A DNA stretch of 63,544 bases, taken from assembly GCA_002688775.1 (NCBI GenBank), contig NZDH01000016.1, positions 1-63,544 of the forward strand, written 5' to 3'. The notes beneath the pieces are model-generated. The model worked only from the letters and a program-made list of their open reading frames with translations, was not told the DNA's origin and made no database searches. Positions 35,746-45,544 of the stretch are shown here, piece by piece; the stretch's first letter is position 1; each line of letters begins with the position of its first letter. The DNA comes from Candidatus Woesearchaeota archaeon (lineage in GTDB: Archaea > Nanobdellota > Nanobdellia > Woesearchaeales > GW2011-AR4). A program made the translations under genes and the position numbers.

Positions 35746-38700
35746 TTAATACCCATCCCAACTCTTAATTTCCAGATCTTCCATCTTTTTCTTGGAAATT
35801 GAATCTATAAACAATTTAGCCACTTGGGCATTAGTTAATAATGGAATATTAAAATCAACTGCTTTTCTCCGTATCAGATAATCATTTGTTAACTCTTCTT
35901 CTTCATAGCTTTTAGGAATGTTAATTACTAAATCTATTTTTCTTTCTTTAAGATAAGTAAGGGCATTTGGTTCTTTTTTGTCCAAAGGCCACTGTAGAAC
36001 TTCATTTTTGACTTTATTATTGTCAAGGAATTTTGCAGTGCCTTCTGTTGCATATATTTTAAATCCCATCTCAACTAACTTTTTTATGCTTTCAAGCAGA
36101 TATGCCTTGCTTTTTATCGGTCCTGCTGACAATAAAACATTTGCTTTAGGCATTTTGAATCCAACTGAAAGCAATGATTTCAAAAAGGCTTCATTCAGAT
36201 CATTTCCCAGACAAGCGACTTCTCCAGTAGAGGCCATCTCAACGCTTGAGATCGGATCTGCTCCATGCAATCTTGAGAATGAAAATTGCGGTGCTTTTAC
36301 ACCTACATAATCCAAATCAAGAGTATTATAGTTTCCACTAATATCAACATCAAGCATAGACTTAGTTGCCATATCAATAAAATTATACTTTGTGACTTTT
36401 GAAACAAACGGAAAGCTTCTTGATGCCCTTAAATTGCACTCTATTACTTTGATTTGATTTTGTTTTGCAATAAACTGAATATTGAATGGCCCGGTTATTT
36501 TCAGTTCCTTAGCTATTTCTTTGGCTATTTCCTTAATTCTCCTCATTGTCTCCAAATAAGTGAATTGAGGCGGCAAGGCCATTGTTGCATCGCCAGAATG
36601 AACGCCTGCATTTTCAATGTGCTCTGAAATCGCATATATCTTAACTTCCCCATTTTGTGCAACTGCATCAATCTCAATTTCTTTTGCGTTTGTAATGAAT
36701 TTGCTTATCACAACAGGGTGTTCTTTTGAAACATCTGCTGCTTTCTTAAGATATTGTTCAAGCTCTTTTTTGTTGCTTGCAATGCTCATTGCAGCACCGC
36801 TTAAAACATAGGATGGTCTTATCAAAATCGGATATTCAACTTTTTCAGCAAATTTATCAGCTTCTTCAATTGATTTTGCTTCAATCCATTCTGGCTGGTC
36901 AACATTTAATTTATCCAGCAATGCAGAGAATTTATGCCTGTTTTCAGCATTGTCTATGCTTGAAGGCGATGTTCCAAGGATTTTTACATTCTGCTTATGC
37001 AGTTTTGTTGCAAGATTATTAGGAATTTGCCCCCCCATCGAGATTATAACGCCAAGAGGCGATTCTTTTTCGTAAATGTCAAGAACCCTTTCGAAGCTTA
37101 ATTCATCAAAGTAAAGCCGGTCGCAGACATCATAATCAGTGCTGACAGTTTCAGGATTATAGTTTAGCATTATTGTGGAGTAGCCTAATTTTTTAAGAGT
37201 GAAAACAGCATTTACGCAGCACCAGTCGAATTCGACAGAACTTCCGATTCTGTAAGCTCCTGAGCCAAGAACAACAACGCTTTTTTTGTTTTTAAAATCA
37301 ATATCATCTTCATCGCCATTATAAGTCAGATAAAGGTAGTTTGTTTTTGCAGGAAATTCGGCAGCTAGAGTGTCTATTTGGTTTACAACAGGGATAATAT
37401 TATGTTTTTTTCTTAATTCTCTAACTTTTAGCATTTTTTCAGTCATATTTGCTGCTTTTTCCTTAAACAAGCATCTTGCAACCTGAAAATCAGAAAATCC
37501 CTGCTGTTTTGCCAGTTTCAATGTCTCTTTCGGAGCATTTTCTAAACCATATTTTTTTAATTCATTTTCTGTATCAACAACATTCTTTATTTTGTACAAG
37601 AACCATTTGTCGATCTTTGTTAAATTATGAATTTCATCGATAGAAATTCCCTTTTTTATTGCTTCAACAATCACAAAAAGCCTTTTATCAGTTGGATTTT
37701 TCAATTCATTTTCGATATTGTTAAAATTTATTCTGTTTCCTACAAGACCATGAAGATTGATAGTCAGCATTCTTATTGCTTTTTGAACAGCTTCTTCGAA
37801 TTTCCTTCCAATTGCCATTACTTCTCCGACAGATTTCATCTCACTTCCTATCTCAAAGCTTATGTGCTTGAATTTCTCCAAATCCCATCTTGGAATCTTG
37901 ATGACAACATAATCTAAAGCTGGTTCAAAACAGCTCTTTGTGACTTTTGTTATCATATTTTCCAATTCTATCAAAGAAAAACCCAGGGCAAGTTTTGCAG
38001 CTACAAATGCCAAAGGATAACCTGTTGCTTTTGATGCTAATGCAGAACTTCTTGAAAGCCTTGCATTGACTTCAATAATTCTGTAATCTTCAGAATTTGT
38101 ATCAAGGGCATATTGAATGTTGCATTCTCCAACAATTCCAAGATGCCTTATGACTTTTATCGCAATATCCCTTAATTTATGATACTCTTTGTTTGTCAAA
38201 GTCTGAGAAGGCGCTACAACAATGCTTTCTCCTGTATGAATTCCCATTGGATCGAAGTTTTCCATGTTGCAGACTGTGATGCAGTTATCATAAGAATCCC
38301 TCACTACCTCATATTCAACTTCCTTCCATCCTCCAAGATATTCTTCAATTAATGCTTGATCAGAATAAGCAAATGCTCTTTTAGCATTTTCCCTTAATTC
38401 TTTTTCATTTATTGCAACACCGGAACCTTGTCCGCCCAAAGCATATGCAACCCTGAGCATTACCGGGTATTTCAATTTGTCTGCAACTTTTATTGCCTGT
38501 TCAACATTGTAAACGGCTTGGCTTTCAGGAGTTTTAAGATTAATTTCATTTAATTTTTTTATGAATAATTTTCTGTCTTCTGTATTTTTTATTGTTTCGA
38601 TCTGGGTTCCAAGAACTTTTACATTATGTTTTTCTAAAATTCCCTTATCTGATAATTCAACACCGCAATTAAGAGCAGTTTGCCCTCCAAAAGAAAGCAT

Positions 38701-38949
38701 AATTCCGTTTGGTTTTTCTTTTTCAATGACTTTTTCCACAAAATAAGGAGTTACAGGAAGGAAATAGATTTTGTCTGCCATTCCCTCGCTTGTCTGGATC
38801 GTTGCGATGTTTGGATTAACCAGAACAGTCTTGATTCCTTCTTCTTTCAAAGCTTTGAGACATTGGGAGCCTGAATAGTCGAATTCTCCTGCTTCGCCTA
38901 TCTTTAAGCTTCCAGATCCTAAAACTAATATTTTTTTTGATTTGTTCAT
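35746..38949 (-). CDS. carB: Carbamoyl-phosphate synthase large subunit
   Basis: 1067 aa with duplicated ATP-grasp halves and an MGS-like C-terminus. Confidence 0.95.
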   Translation of the reverse strand: MNKSKKILVLGSGSLKIGEAGEFDYSGSQCLKALKEEGIKTVLVNPNIATIQTSEGMADKIYFLPVTPYFVEKVIEKEKPNGIMLSFGGQTALNCGVELSDKGILEKHNVKVLGTQIETIKNTEDRKLFIKKLNEINLKTPESQAVYNVEQAIKVADKLKYPVMLRVAYALGGQGSGVAINEKELRENAKRAFAYSDQALIEEYLGGWKEVEYEVVRDSYDNCITVCNMENFDPMGIHTGESIVVAPSQTLTNKEYHKLRDIAIKVIRHLGIVGECNIQYALDTNSEDYRIIEVNARLSRSSALASKATGYPLAFVAAKLALGFSLIELENMITKVTKSCFEPALDYVVIKIPRWDLEKFKHISFEIGSEMKSVGEVMAIGRKFEEAVQKAIRMLTINLHGLVGNRINFNNIENELKNPTDKRLFVIVEAIKKGISIDEIHNLTKIDKWFLYKIKNVVDTENELKKYGLENAPKETLKLAKQQGFSDFQVARCLFKEKAANMTEKMLKVRELRKKHNIIPVVNQIDTLAAEFPAKTNYLYLTYNGDEDDIDFKNKKSVVVLGSGAYRIGSSVEFDWCCVNAVFTLKKLGYSTIMLNYNPETVSTDYDVCDRLYFDELSFERVLDIYEKESPLGVIISMGGQIPNNLATKLHKQNVKILGTSPSSIDNAENRHKFSALLDKLNVDQPEWIEAKSIEEADKFAEKVEYPILIRPSYVLSGAAMSIASNKKELEQYLKKAADVSKEHPVVISKFITNAKEIEIDAVAQNGEVKIYAISEHIENAGVHSGDATMALPPQFTYLETMRRIKEIAKEIAKELKITGPFNIQFIAKQNQIKVIECNLRASRSFPFVSKVTKYNFIDMATKSMLDVDISGNYNTLDLDYVGVKAPQFSFSRLHGADPISSVEMASTGEVACLGNDLNEAFLKSLLSVGFKMPKANVLLSAGPIKSKAYLLESIKKLVEMGFKIYATEGTAKFLDNNKVKNEVLQWPLDKKEPNALTYLKERKIDLVINIPKSYEEEELTNDYLIRRKAVDFNIPLLTNAQVAKLFIDSISKKKMEDLEIKSWDGY

Positions 38950-40022
38950 TTTAGCATTTTTATAAACTCCTCAAACAAAAACTCTGTATCATAAGGACCT
39001 GGAGTGCTTTCAGGATGGAATTGAATGCTCATGAATGGCTTTGTCTTGTGCTTTATGCCTTCGTTTGTGCCGTCATTGGCATTTATGAAGAATTCTTCCC
39101 ATTCTTCGCCCAGTGTTTTTCCGTCAACTGCAAAGCCGTGATTTTGTGTTGTTATAAAGCATCTTTTTGTGTTAACTAAAGTGCATGGTTGGTTTTGGCT
39201 TCTATGACCATACTTTAGTTTGTAAGTATCGCATCCTGCTGCAAGAGCCAGGAGCTGGTTTCCTAAACAGATTCCAAAAGTAGGGATATTGTGTTTCATA
39301 GCTCTGCCAACATTGTAGATAGTTTGCGCGCATATTTTTGGATCGCCAGGGCCGTTAGAAATCAAAAGTCCGTCAAAAGGCTGCGTCAAGAAATCATAAT
39401 TGTAAGGGACCCTTATTACAGTCAAATCCCTTTTAATTAGATTTCTTATGATGTTGTTTTTAGCACCGCAATCAACCAAAACAACTTTTTTTTGATTTGG
39501 TTTTTCGTTATATATGGTGGGTTCTTTCACCGTAACTTGTTTTACAAGATCAACAACGTTTGGATCATAAAATTTTACATCCTCATTATTAAAAATAATC
39601 TTGCCAAGCATTGCCCCTTTTTCTCTCAATAATTTGGTAAGTTTTCTTGTATCAATTCCATAAATCGCAGGAATATTCTCTTCCTTTAGCCATTCAGCAA
39701 GGCTTTTCTTGGCATTCCAGTGTGAATGCTGAAAAGAATAATCAGAAATAATCAATGCCTGAACTTGTATTTTATCTGATTCAAAGTTCTTTAGTAGATT
39801 ATTTTCAGTTTCTTTTCCTGGGACACCATAATTACCGATTAATGGATAAGTTAGAACTAGAATCTGGCCTTTGTAGCTGGGGTCTGTTAACGATTCAGGA
39901 TAGCCAACCATGCCTGTGCTGAACACAACTTCGCCTGAAATAGAGCGCTCTGCTCCAAAAGAAAAGCCTTTAAACTCATGACCATCTTCAAGAACAAGTT
40001 TAATTTCTTTATTACCGTACAT
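38946..40022 (-). CDS. carA: Carbamoyl-phosphate synthase small (glutaminase) subunit
   Basis: 358 aa. GICLGNQLL nucleophile, FHPES. 4-nt overlap with carB. Confidence 0.93.
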   Translation of the reverse strand: MYGNKEIKLVLEDGHEFKGFSFGAERSISGEVVFSTGMVGYPESLTDPSYKGQILVLTYPLIGNYGVPGKETENNLLKNFESDKIQVQALIISDYSFQHSHWNAKKSLAEWLKEENIPAIYGIDTRKLTKLLREKGAMLGKIIFNNEDVKFYDPNVVDLVKQVTVKEPTIYNEKPNQKKVVLVDCGAKNNIIRNLIKRDLTVIRVPYNYDFLTQPFDGLLISNGPGDPKICAQTIYNVGRAMKHNIPTFGICLGNQLLALAAGCDTYKLKYGHRSQNQPCTLVNTKRCFITTQNHGFAVDGKTLGEEWEEFFINANDGTNEGIKHKTKPFMSIQFHPESTPGPYDTEFLFEEFIKMLK

Positions 40023-40063
40023 TAAAAAAAGAAATAATGGTTGCTTATTAATAAAGCTTACGG

Positions 40064-40762
40064 TTAGGGATTTTTTGAATTCAAATAATCTACAACCACA
40101 TCCGGCTTGTTGCTGCCAACACCATCAACACCTAATTTTAACATTTTTTCTAAATTTTCAATATCATCAATGTTCCAGACATAAACTTTGAGATTATTTT
40201 CATGGGCGTTATCAACTAAATCTTTATCAGTATACTTGAAATTTGTAAATAGAAAAATAGCATCAGCTTCTTTTGCCAAGCTTGAAACATTAACCGGGTT
40301 GCCGACAAAAAGAAGTCCAGTATCAATATTTTTATTTATTTTTTTAATATTTTTTATTATTTGGTGGAAAAAAGAGATTATTATTGAATCATTTTGAAGA
40401 TTGTGCTTTTCTACCAAAATAAGAACGTCTTTTTCCAGGTCTTTTTCCTTTAATTCAATGATTAATTTTATTTTTTTATTATTAATGTAATTTATTACTT
40501 CTTCCAACGTCGGTATTTTCTCTCCTTTGCCTGCATCAAGTTTTTGTAATTTATCTAAGGTAAAATCTTTAACATAACCTTGGCCATTTGTTGTCCTATC
40601 TACTGTATCATTGTTTATGACAATTAATTCTCCGCTTTTGCATCTTCTTACATCGATTTCAACGCCATCGGAGCCCAGTTCAATTGCTTTTTTAATAGAA
40701 AGAATGGTATTTTCTGGTTCATAAGCCATTGCTCCTCTGTGGCCGATAATGAATGGTTTCAT
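40064..40762 (-). CDS. Glycerophosphodiester phosphodiesterase
   Basis: 232 aa. IIGHRGA...ENT...GVEIDV...ND.TVDRTTNG GDPD signatures. Confidence 0.85.
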   Translation of the reverse strand: MKPFIIGHRGAMAYEPENTILSIKKAIELGSDGVEIDVRRCKSGELIVINNDTVDRTTNGQGYVKDFTLDKLQKLDAGKGEKIPTLEEVINYINNKKIKLIIELKEKDLEKDVLILVEKHNLQNDSIIISFFHQIIKNIKKINKNIDTGLLFVGNPVNVSSLAKEADAIFLFTNFKYTDKDLVDNAHENNLKVYVWNIDDIENLEKMLKLGVDGVGSNKPDVVVDYLNSKNP

Positions 40763-40801
40763 AGAAAAAAGAATGAATTTGAATTATAAAAATGTGTTTG
40801 T

Positions 40802-41461
40802 TTAATTAGAAGAATAAGGTTTTACAATATATCCTTGTCTGAGTGCAAAAGGATGTAGTAAAAGGGATCTTGCCCTGTCAGATCCAATTGAGTGTACTGT
40901 ACTTGGTTTTGCTGCTATATAAGGGGCAATTTTATCAAGGAAAGCACTTCTTGCCCCTTCAAATCTTTCTTTGCCAGTGCCCCTCTCAAGAAATCCAAAG
41001 CCATGAATGTAATAACCGTCTCTTTCTGTTCTGATATCATCTATTTCTGCATAATGCCCTTGACTGATTTCTTTAACACTGGTCCTTACTACAACAGGGA
41101 TATTGGGGTTCATTGCTTGAGCATAGGCAATTACTTCATCCATCATATCAACAAGCAAACCATTCCCATTATGAGGTGGTGCAACGCTTGCCTTGTTCAC
41201 ATACTTAAATCTTATTCCATCAACTATGTAGTCTTCAACCATAGAATTGCTTGCCATTTCTCCATTAGCTGCCCCCCCTATTACAAGAGCTTCAAGACGA
41301 GTTGGAGAAAGTGGGTTGTTTCTTTGGAAAAATTCTCGATCAACTAAACTGTTTCTTTGATGTAAAAAGGCCCTTTGAGTAGATTCCTGCACAGCTCCAA
41401 AAAGTTCTGGTGGAAACCAGTTATCTGGAGTTGGGTGCACATGCAAAGCTATGTCGCTCAT
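40802..41461 (-). CDS. Foreign-composition hypothetical protein (219 aa) with a weak GNAT motif-A-like segment
   Basis: VAPPHNGNGLLVDMMDEVIAYAQ loosely resembles the acetyl-CoA-binding motif A. Nothing else assigned. Confidence 0.45.
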   Translation of the reverse strand: MSDIALHVHPTPDNWFPPELFGAVQESTQRAFLHQRNSLVDREFFQRNNPLSPTRLEALVIGGAANGEMASNSMVEDYIVDGIRFKYVNKASVAPPHNGNGLLVDMMDEVIAYAQAMNPNIPVVVRTSVKEISQGHYAEIDDIRTERDGYYIHGFGFLERGTGKERFEGARSAFLDKIAPYIAAKPSTVHSIGSDRARSLLLHPFALRQGYIVKPYSSN

Positions 41462-41608
41462 TTTCTTTGAAAATTAATAGATTGAAGGATGTTTTTAAAG
41501 CTGATGCCCTAATTTAAACATTTATGAACAAAAATGTCCAAAACAAAACATTTAAAAGAAAAGAAGGATTATTTTTTGAAAATTGGGGTTTTTGATTGAA
41601 AAATTAAA

Positions 41609-42244
41609 ATGCCGAACATAACAAAATTAACTGAAAACTATATCCAGGAGCATCCCTCTGTAAAAGACTGCCTGAGAAATGGCTTAGTCAACTACTCATC
41701 TCTATCAAGGAAAATTGCTTCTGAATCAAAGCTTAATGTAAAAAAAGATTTTGATGCAATATTAATTGCCTGCAGGAGATTCAAGAGAAAATTAAAGAAA
41801 GAGGAAATCTTTGAAAGAAGAATTTTAAAGATTTTGAAAGCAAGCAAGATAGAGATCAAGAATAAAGTGATTGCTATTGTGCTGGAAAAGGATGTTTTTT
41901 ACGGAACTTTGCTGAATCTTGAAAAAGAAATCAAGAAAAGAAACGAGATATTTAGGATTATTGAGGGTGCTTCTGCAATAACAATAATTACCTCAGAAGA
42001 ATTTCTTGATTTGATCAAAAAGAATTTCAAGAATAAGATAATACTTGAAAACAAAAATCTTGCTGAAATCACCATCAAAAGCCCAAAGGAGATTGAGACA
42101 ACACCTGGAGCTTATTCCTATCTGTGCTCTTTGTTTGCCGAAAATAAGATCAACATTGTAGAAACCTTAAGCTGCTGGACAGACACGATATTTCTTGTTG
42201 ATGAGAAAGATACCGGGAAGGTTATGGGTTTGTTGAGGTTTTGA
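41609..42244 (+). CDS. ACT-domain-containing putative amino-acid-metabolism regulator
   Basis: 211 aa. HTH-like N-terminus and ACT-like C-terminus (PGAYSYLCSLFAENKINIVETLS). Confidence 0.5.
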   Translation: MPNITKLTENYIQEHPSVKDCLRNGLVNYSSLSRKIASESKLNVKKDFDAILIACRRFKRKLKKEEIFERRILKILKASKIEIKNKVIAIVLEKDVFYGTLLNLEKEIKKRNEIFRIIEGASAITIITSEEFLDLIKKNFKNKIILENKNLAEITIKSPKEIETTPGAYSYLCSLFAENKINIVETLSCWTDTIFLVDEKDTGKVMGLLRF

Positions 42245-42295
42245 AATCCTACGGATTTCAAAGCCCAGCAAAAACAAAGTTTTTGCGCTGGTTTT
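42242..42295 (-). repeat. Bipartite two-hairpin element, copy 2, immediately 3' of ribA (between convergent genes)
   Basis: Plus strand: TGAAATCC-tac-GGATTTCA, AAGCCCAGC, AAAAAC-aaa-GTTTTT, GCGCTGGTTTT. The stems differ from copy 1 but stay complementary. Confidence 0.6.
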
Positions 42296-42297
42296 AA

Positions 42298-42903
42298 TCA
42301 CTTCACAACCCCTTTCTTCTCTAATAAATGACCTAGTTTTTCCTTTTTTGTACTGAGGTATTTTTTGTTTACTTTATTTGGTTTTGTTATGATGGGGACT
42401 CTTGCAACTATTTTTAGGCCATACTTTCCAATACCTTCAATTTTTCTTGGATTGTTTGTCAATAATCTTATTGTTGATAATCCCAAGTCTGCCAAGATCT
42501 GCGATCCAATTGTATAATCTCTTGCATCGGGCCTTAATCCCAGCTTTAAGTTTGCCTCTACTGTGTCCATTCCATGATCCTGGTAATTATAGGCCTTGAT
42601 TTTGTTGAACAAGCCTATGCCCCTGCCTTCCTGCTGCATATAGAGAAAAACCCCTCCTTTTTTTCCGATCATCTTAAGAGCTTTTTCAAGCTGTTCGCCG
42701 CAATCACATCTCAATGAGCCGAGAATATCGCCTGTTGTGCATTGTGAATGGACTCTGACAAGAACATTTTTTTTGTCTTTGATTTCACCTTTAATCAAGG
42801 CAAGATGGTGCATTTTATTGGCATCTTCATAAGCAATAACCTTGAAATTGCCAAATTTTGTTGGCAGATTTGCTTCTGCTGTTTTTTTTACTAATAATTT
42901 CAT
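42298..42903 (-). CDS. ribA: GTP cyclohydrolase II (bacterial type)
   Basis: 201 aa. VRVHSQCTTGD..GSLRCDCG.QL, EGRGIGL.NK..AY. Confidence 0.9.
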   Translation of the reverse strand: MKLLVKKTAEANLPTKFGNFKVIAYEDANKMHHLALIKGEIKDKKNVLVRVHSQCTTGDILGSLRCDCGEQLEKALKMIGKKGGVFLYMQQEGRGIGLFNKIKAYNYQDHGMDTVEANLKLGLRPDARDYTIGSQILADLGLSTIRLLTNNPRKIEGIGKYGLKIVARVPIITKPNKVNKKYLSTKKEKLGHLLEKKGVVK

Positions 42904-43002
42904 GGAAAAAGTGGTTTTCTGCGGTTATTTAAAGGTTTTCTTGAATTGAAATATGATAATAAAAACCAAAATTTTATATATGGTGGGTGTAATACATCAA
43001 TT

Positions 43003-43176
43003 ATGGAAATAAACCGAACAATCCTGATTGGAATTTATGTTTTGATTGGGCTGTACATTCTTTATAAGTTATTATTTAGGAAAAACCCTTACCGGGAAGA
43101 TTATGAAAAGGTATACAATCATGTATTGAATTCTAAAAAATACAAAGTTAAAGGTCAATTTGATAAAGAAGAATAG
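43003..43176 (+). CDS. Small single-TM protein
   Basis: MEINRTILIGIYVLIGLYILYKLLF... The ORF track starts at TTG 42946. Confidence 0.3.
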   Translation: MEINRTILIGIYVLIGLYILYKLLFRKNPYREDYEKVYNHVLNSKKYKVKGQFDKEE

Positions 43177-43317
43177 GTTTAAGCTTCCCTAATTCTTAGA
43201 TTGAAAAATAACCATACTAAAAATAAATAATTCGCCTATGCGTTCTGTTTTCATGTTAATGTAGTATTTAAATTGTTTACTTCTATTTTTAGGCTACTTG
43301 AATTAGACATATATTCT

Positions 43318-43463
43318 CCAGTATATATCAAAATCGAAAGGTATATAAATGAGCAATATACAGAAACGTATACTGGTATATTGATACAGAATAAAGGTAT
43401 ACTAGTTCATTAAAAAGAGGTATATATCGCAGCCGCTATAAAGGAACAATCGACTGATACCTC
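43318..43463. repeat. Array of six direct (A/G)GTATA(T/C) repeats plus one inverted copy, upstream of 43487
   Basis: GTATA cores start at 43321, 43341, 43368, 43376, 43397 and 43420 (spacings 20, 27, 8, 21, 23). AAAGGTATA occurs twice. The inverted GATACC lies at about 43456-43461. Confidence 0.6.
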
Positions 43464-43486
43464 CTTTTTTAAGCAAAGAGGTCAAG

Positions 43487-43747
43487 ATGGAAGCTGAAAT
43501 TCAAACATTCAGGGACAATGTGGATTCGTGGATAAAGCAGATCAGAAGGGAGTTTTCTGATTTCTCAGAACTGCCTGAAGTAGTAGTTGAAAACAGCGAT
43601 AATATACAGCACAATTACGAGTTAATTTACGAGCTTAGAGACCAGGTAGAAGAGCTAAAGCAGGAGATTAACGCATTAAAGCTAATCCAGATAATCAGCT
43701 TAAAGCAAAAGGTTAACCAGAAGGCAGAACAAAAGCCACAGGCTTAA
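43487..43747 (+). CDS. Small coiled-coil protein
   Basis: 86 aa with heptad-like E/K/Q-rich sequence. 4-nt overlap with the convergent gene. Confidence 0.45.
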   Translation: MEAEIQTFRDNVDSWIKQIRREFSDFSELPEVVVENSDNIQHNYELIYELRDQVEELKQEINALKLIQIISLKQKVNQKAEQKPQA

Positions 43748-44052
43748 TCCATTTCATTAGTTATTTTCTTTAGAACATTATCAACGGCAACAAATAGATT
43801 TCTGTCTGTTACATCGCTTGCGAATACCTTTCCATCATCAACAATCTTGGCGTGTATTTCGTATTTCTCGCTTTTTTCTCTTTCATGGACTTGTTTCAGG
43901 GTAAGGTGCAATAATTCAAGCTTATCAGCCAATTCTTCAATTCGTTTGGCATGATTACCTACAATCTTCTTCAAAACAACCATAGTGGCGCCATCCAAGT
44001 CCCTAAAACCCGCCAGTTCTATGTTTCCACCAAGCTTTTTATTGTCGTCCAT
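43744..44052 (-). CDS. Possible HPF/RaiA (S30AE)-like ribosome-associated protein
   Basis: 102 aa. The pattern NIELAGF.DLD....VLKKIV.....L..........H....YEIHAKIVDDGKVFASDVTDRNLFVAVDNVLKKI resembles the HPF beta-alpha-beta-beta-beta-alpha layout. Motif-level only. Confidence 0.35.
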   Translation of the reverse strand: MDDNKKLGGNIELAGFRDLDGATMVVLKKIVGNHAKRIEELADKLELLHLTLKQVHEREKSEKYEIHAKIVDDGKVFASDVTDRNLFVAVDNVLKKITNEMD

Positions 44053-44158
44053 ATTGGTTTTTAGAAAGACTAAGATATAAAAAGATTTTGATTTGTTATT
44101 AATCCCTATATTGAAATGAGGATAAAATTATAAATACCCCACCTAAACAATAATCAAT

Positions 44159-45544
44159 ATGGCCTTAGTAGAATCATTTTCAGGTGTAAGGGGAATATAT
44201 GACAAAGATCTGACAGAGAGTATTGCTGTCAGGTACGCTCATGCTTATTTCACCTTCTTAAAGAAAAAAACAAAGAAAAACAGCATTACTTTGGTTGTCG
44301 GCATGGACACAAGGCCTTCAGGATTAAAGTTAAGTGAAACAATTCTTGGATTGATTGACTGCAGTTTCATTGATGTCGGCATTCTGCCTACGCCGGCAAT
44401 AGAATTTGCAGTAAGGCATTTTGATGCAGACGGTGGCATCATAATCACAGCTTCCCACAATGAGCCATTCTGGAACGGATTTAAGTTTTTAGGTCCAGAT
44501 GGGGCTATTTTGAACGAAAAGGAAATGAACCGGGTTATTAGTTATTCTAAAAGGCTTAAGGATTTTCACAAAATAGAGTTTAGGAAAGTCAGCGAGAAAA
44601 ACACGGAAGCTGTAAAAAAATACGAGGATTTTATTTTAGATATAGTTGGTGGTGAAAATATTGAGAATATAAAAGAATCAAAGCAAAAGATTGTTCTTGA
44701 TCCAAATGGCGGAACAGGCGCAATTGCAAAAAAGATTCTGGAACGCATTGGAGTTGAAGTTGTTGGTATCAATATGAAGTATGGTGAATTCAACAGGACA
44801 ATTGAGCCGACAGAAGACTCGATGATCTATCTCACTAGTGCAATAGATGAGAATAAAGCTGATTTTGCAGCTGGCTTTGACTGCGATGCTGACAGAGTTG
44901 AGATCCTGATGAAAAATGGGGGATTATTATCTGGACAAAATATACTTGCTTTGGTTGTAAATGAATTTTTATCAACAAGTGATAATCCTAAAAACGAAGT
45001 TGTTGTTGTCAATAGTGCAACATCAAATGTTGTAAGGGATGTTGTAGTCAAGCATGGAGCAAAGATAAAAGAAGTTGAAGTTGGTGAAACAAATGTAATC
45101 GAAGAGATGAAAAAAGTCAATTCAACCATTGGCGGTGAAGGTTCTAGCGGAGGAGCAATAATATTCCCTTCCAAATGCAGGGATGGAATATTAACATTGT
45201 TGATGATTTTGTCCATAATAGCTAAAAAACAAAAAAAATTGGAAGAAATTATCAAGGAATTCCCTAAATATTACACTTTAAGGAAAAAATTAGAGTTTGA
45301 TTCTAAAAAACACGATAAGATAAAAAAATCCCTTAAAGAGCATTATTCAAAAAAAGGTTTCGAGATCAAAGAAACTGGCGGAATAAATGGAGGTTTAAAA
45401 ATAATAACAGGCAAAAACTCGTTTGTCTGGTTCAGGGCTTCAAAAACAGAGTCAGATGTGTTCAGGATAATAAGCGATTCTGACAGCAAGGAAGAAGCTA
45501 AGAAGTTGATTGAAGAAGGCGTAAGGACTTTCAATGAACAATAA
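44159..45544 (+). CDS. Phosphohexomutase-superfamily enzyme (phosphoglucosamine/phosphomannomutase-like)
   Basis: 461 aa. Active-site loop TASHNEPFWNGFKF and metal loop FDCDADR. Confidence 0.8.
   Translation: MALVESFSGVRGIYDKDLTESIAVRYAHAYFTFLKKKTKKNSITLVVGMDTRPSGLKLSETILGLIDCSFIDVGILPTPAIEFAVRHFDADGGIIITASHNEPFWNGFKFLGPDGAILNEKEMNRVISYSKRLKDFHKIEFRKVSEKNTEAVKKYEDFILDIVGGENIENIKESKQKIVLDPNGGTGAIAKKILERIGVEVVGINMKYGEFNRTIEPTEDSMIYLTSAIDENKADFAAGFDCDADRVEILMKNGGLLSGQNILALVVNEFLSTSDNPKNEVVVVNSATSNVVRDVVVKHGAKIKEVEVGETNVIEEMKKVNSTIGGEGSSGGAIIFPSKCRDGILTLLMILSIIAKKQKKLEEIIKEFPKYYTLRKKLEFDSKKHDKIKKSLKEHYSKKGFEIKETGGINGGLKIITGKNSFVWFRASKTESDVFRIISDSDSKEEAKKLIEEGVRTFNEQ

Noticed and set aside
43318-43463. 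CRISPR array
   Set aside because: The only periodic repeats in the window are these 6-9-nt GGTATA units with irregular 8-27-nt spacing. There are no repeats of 24 nt or more with uniform spacers, and no cas genes.
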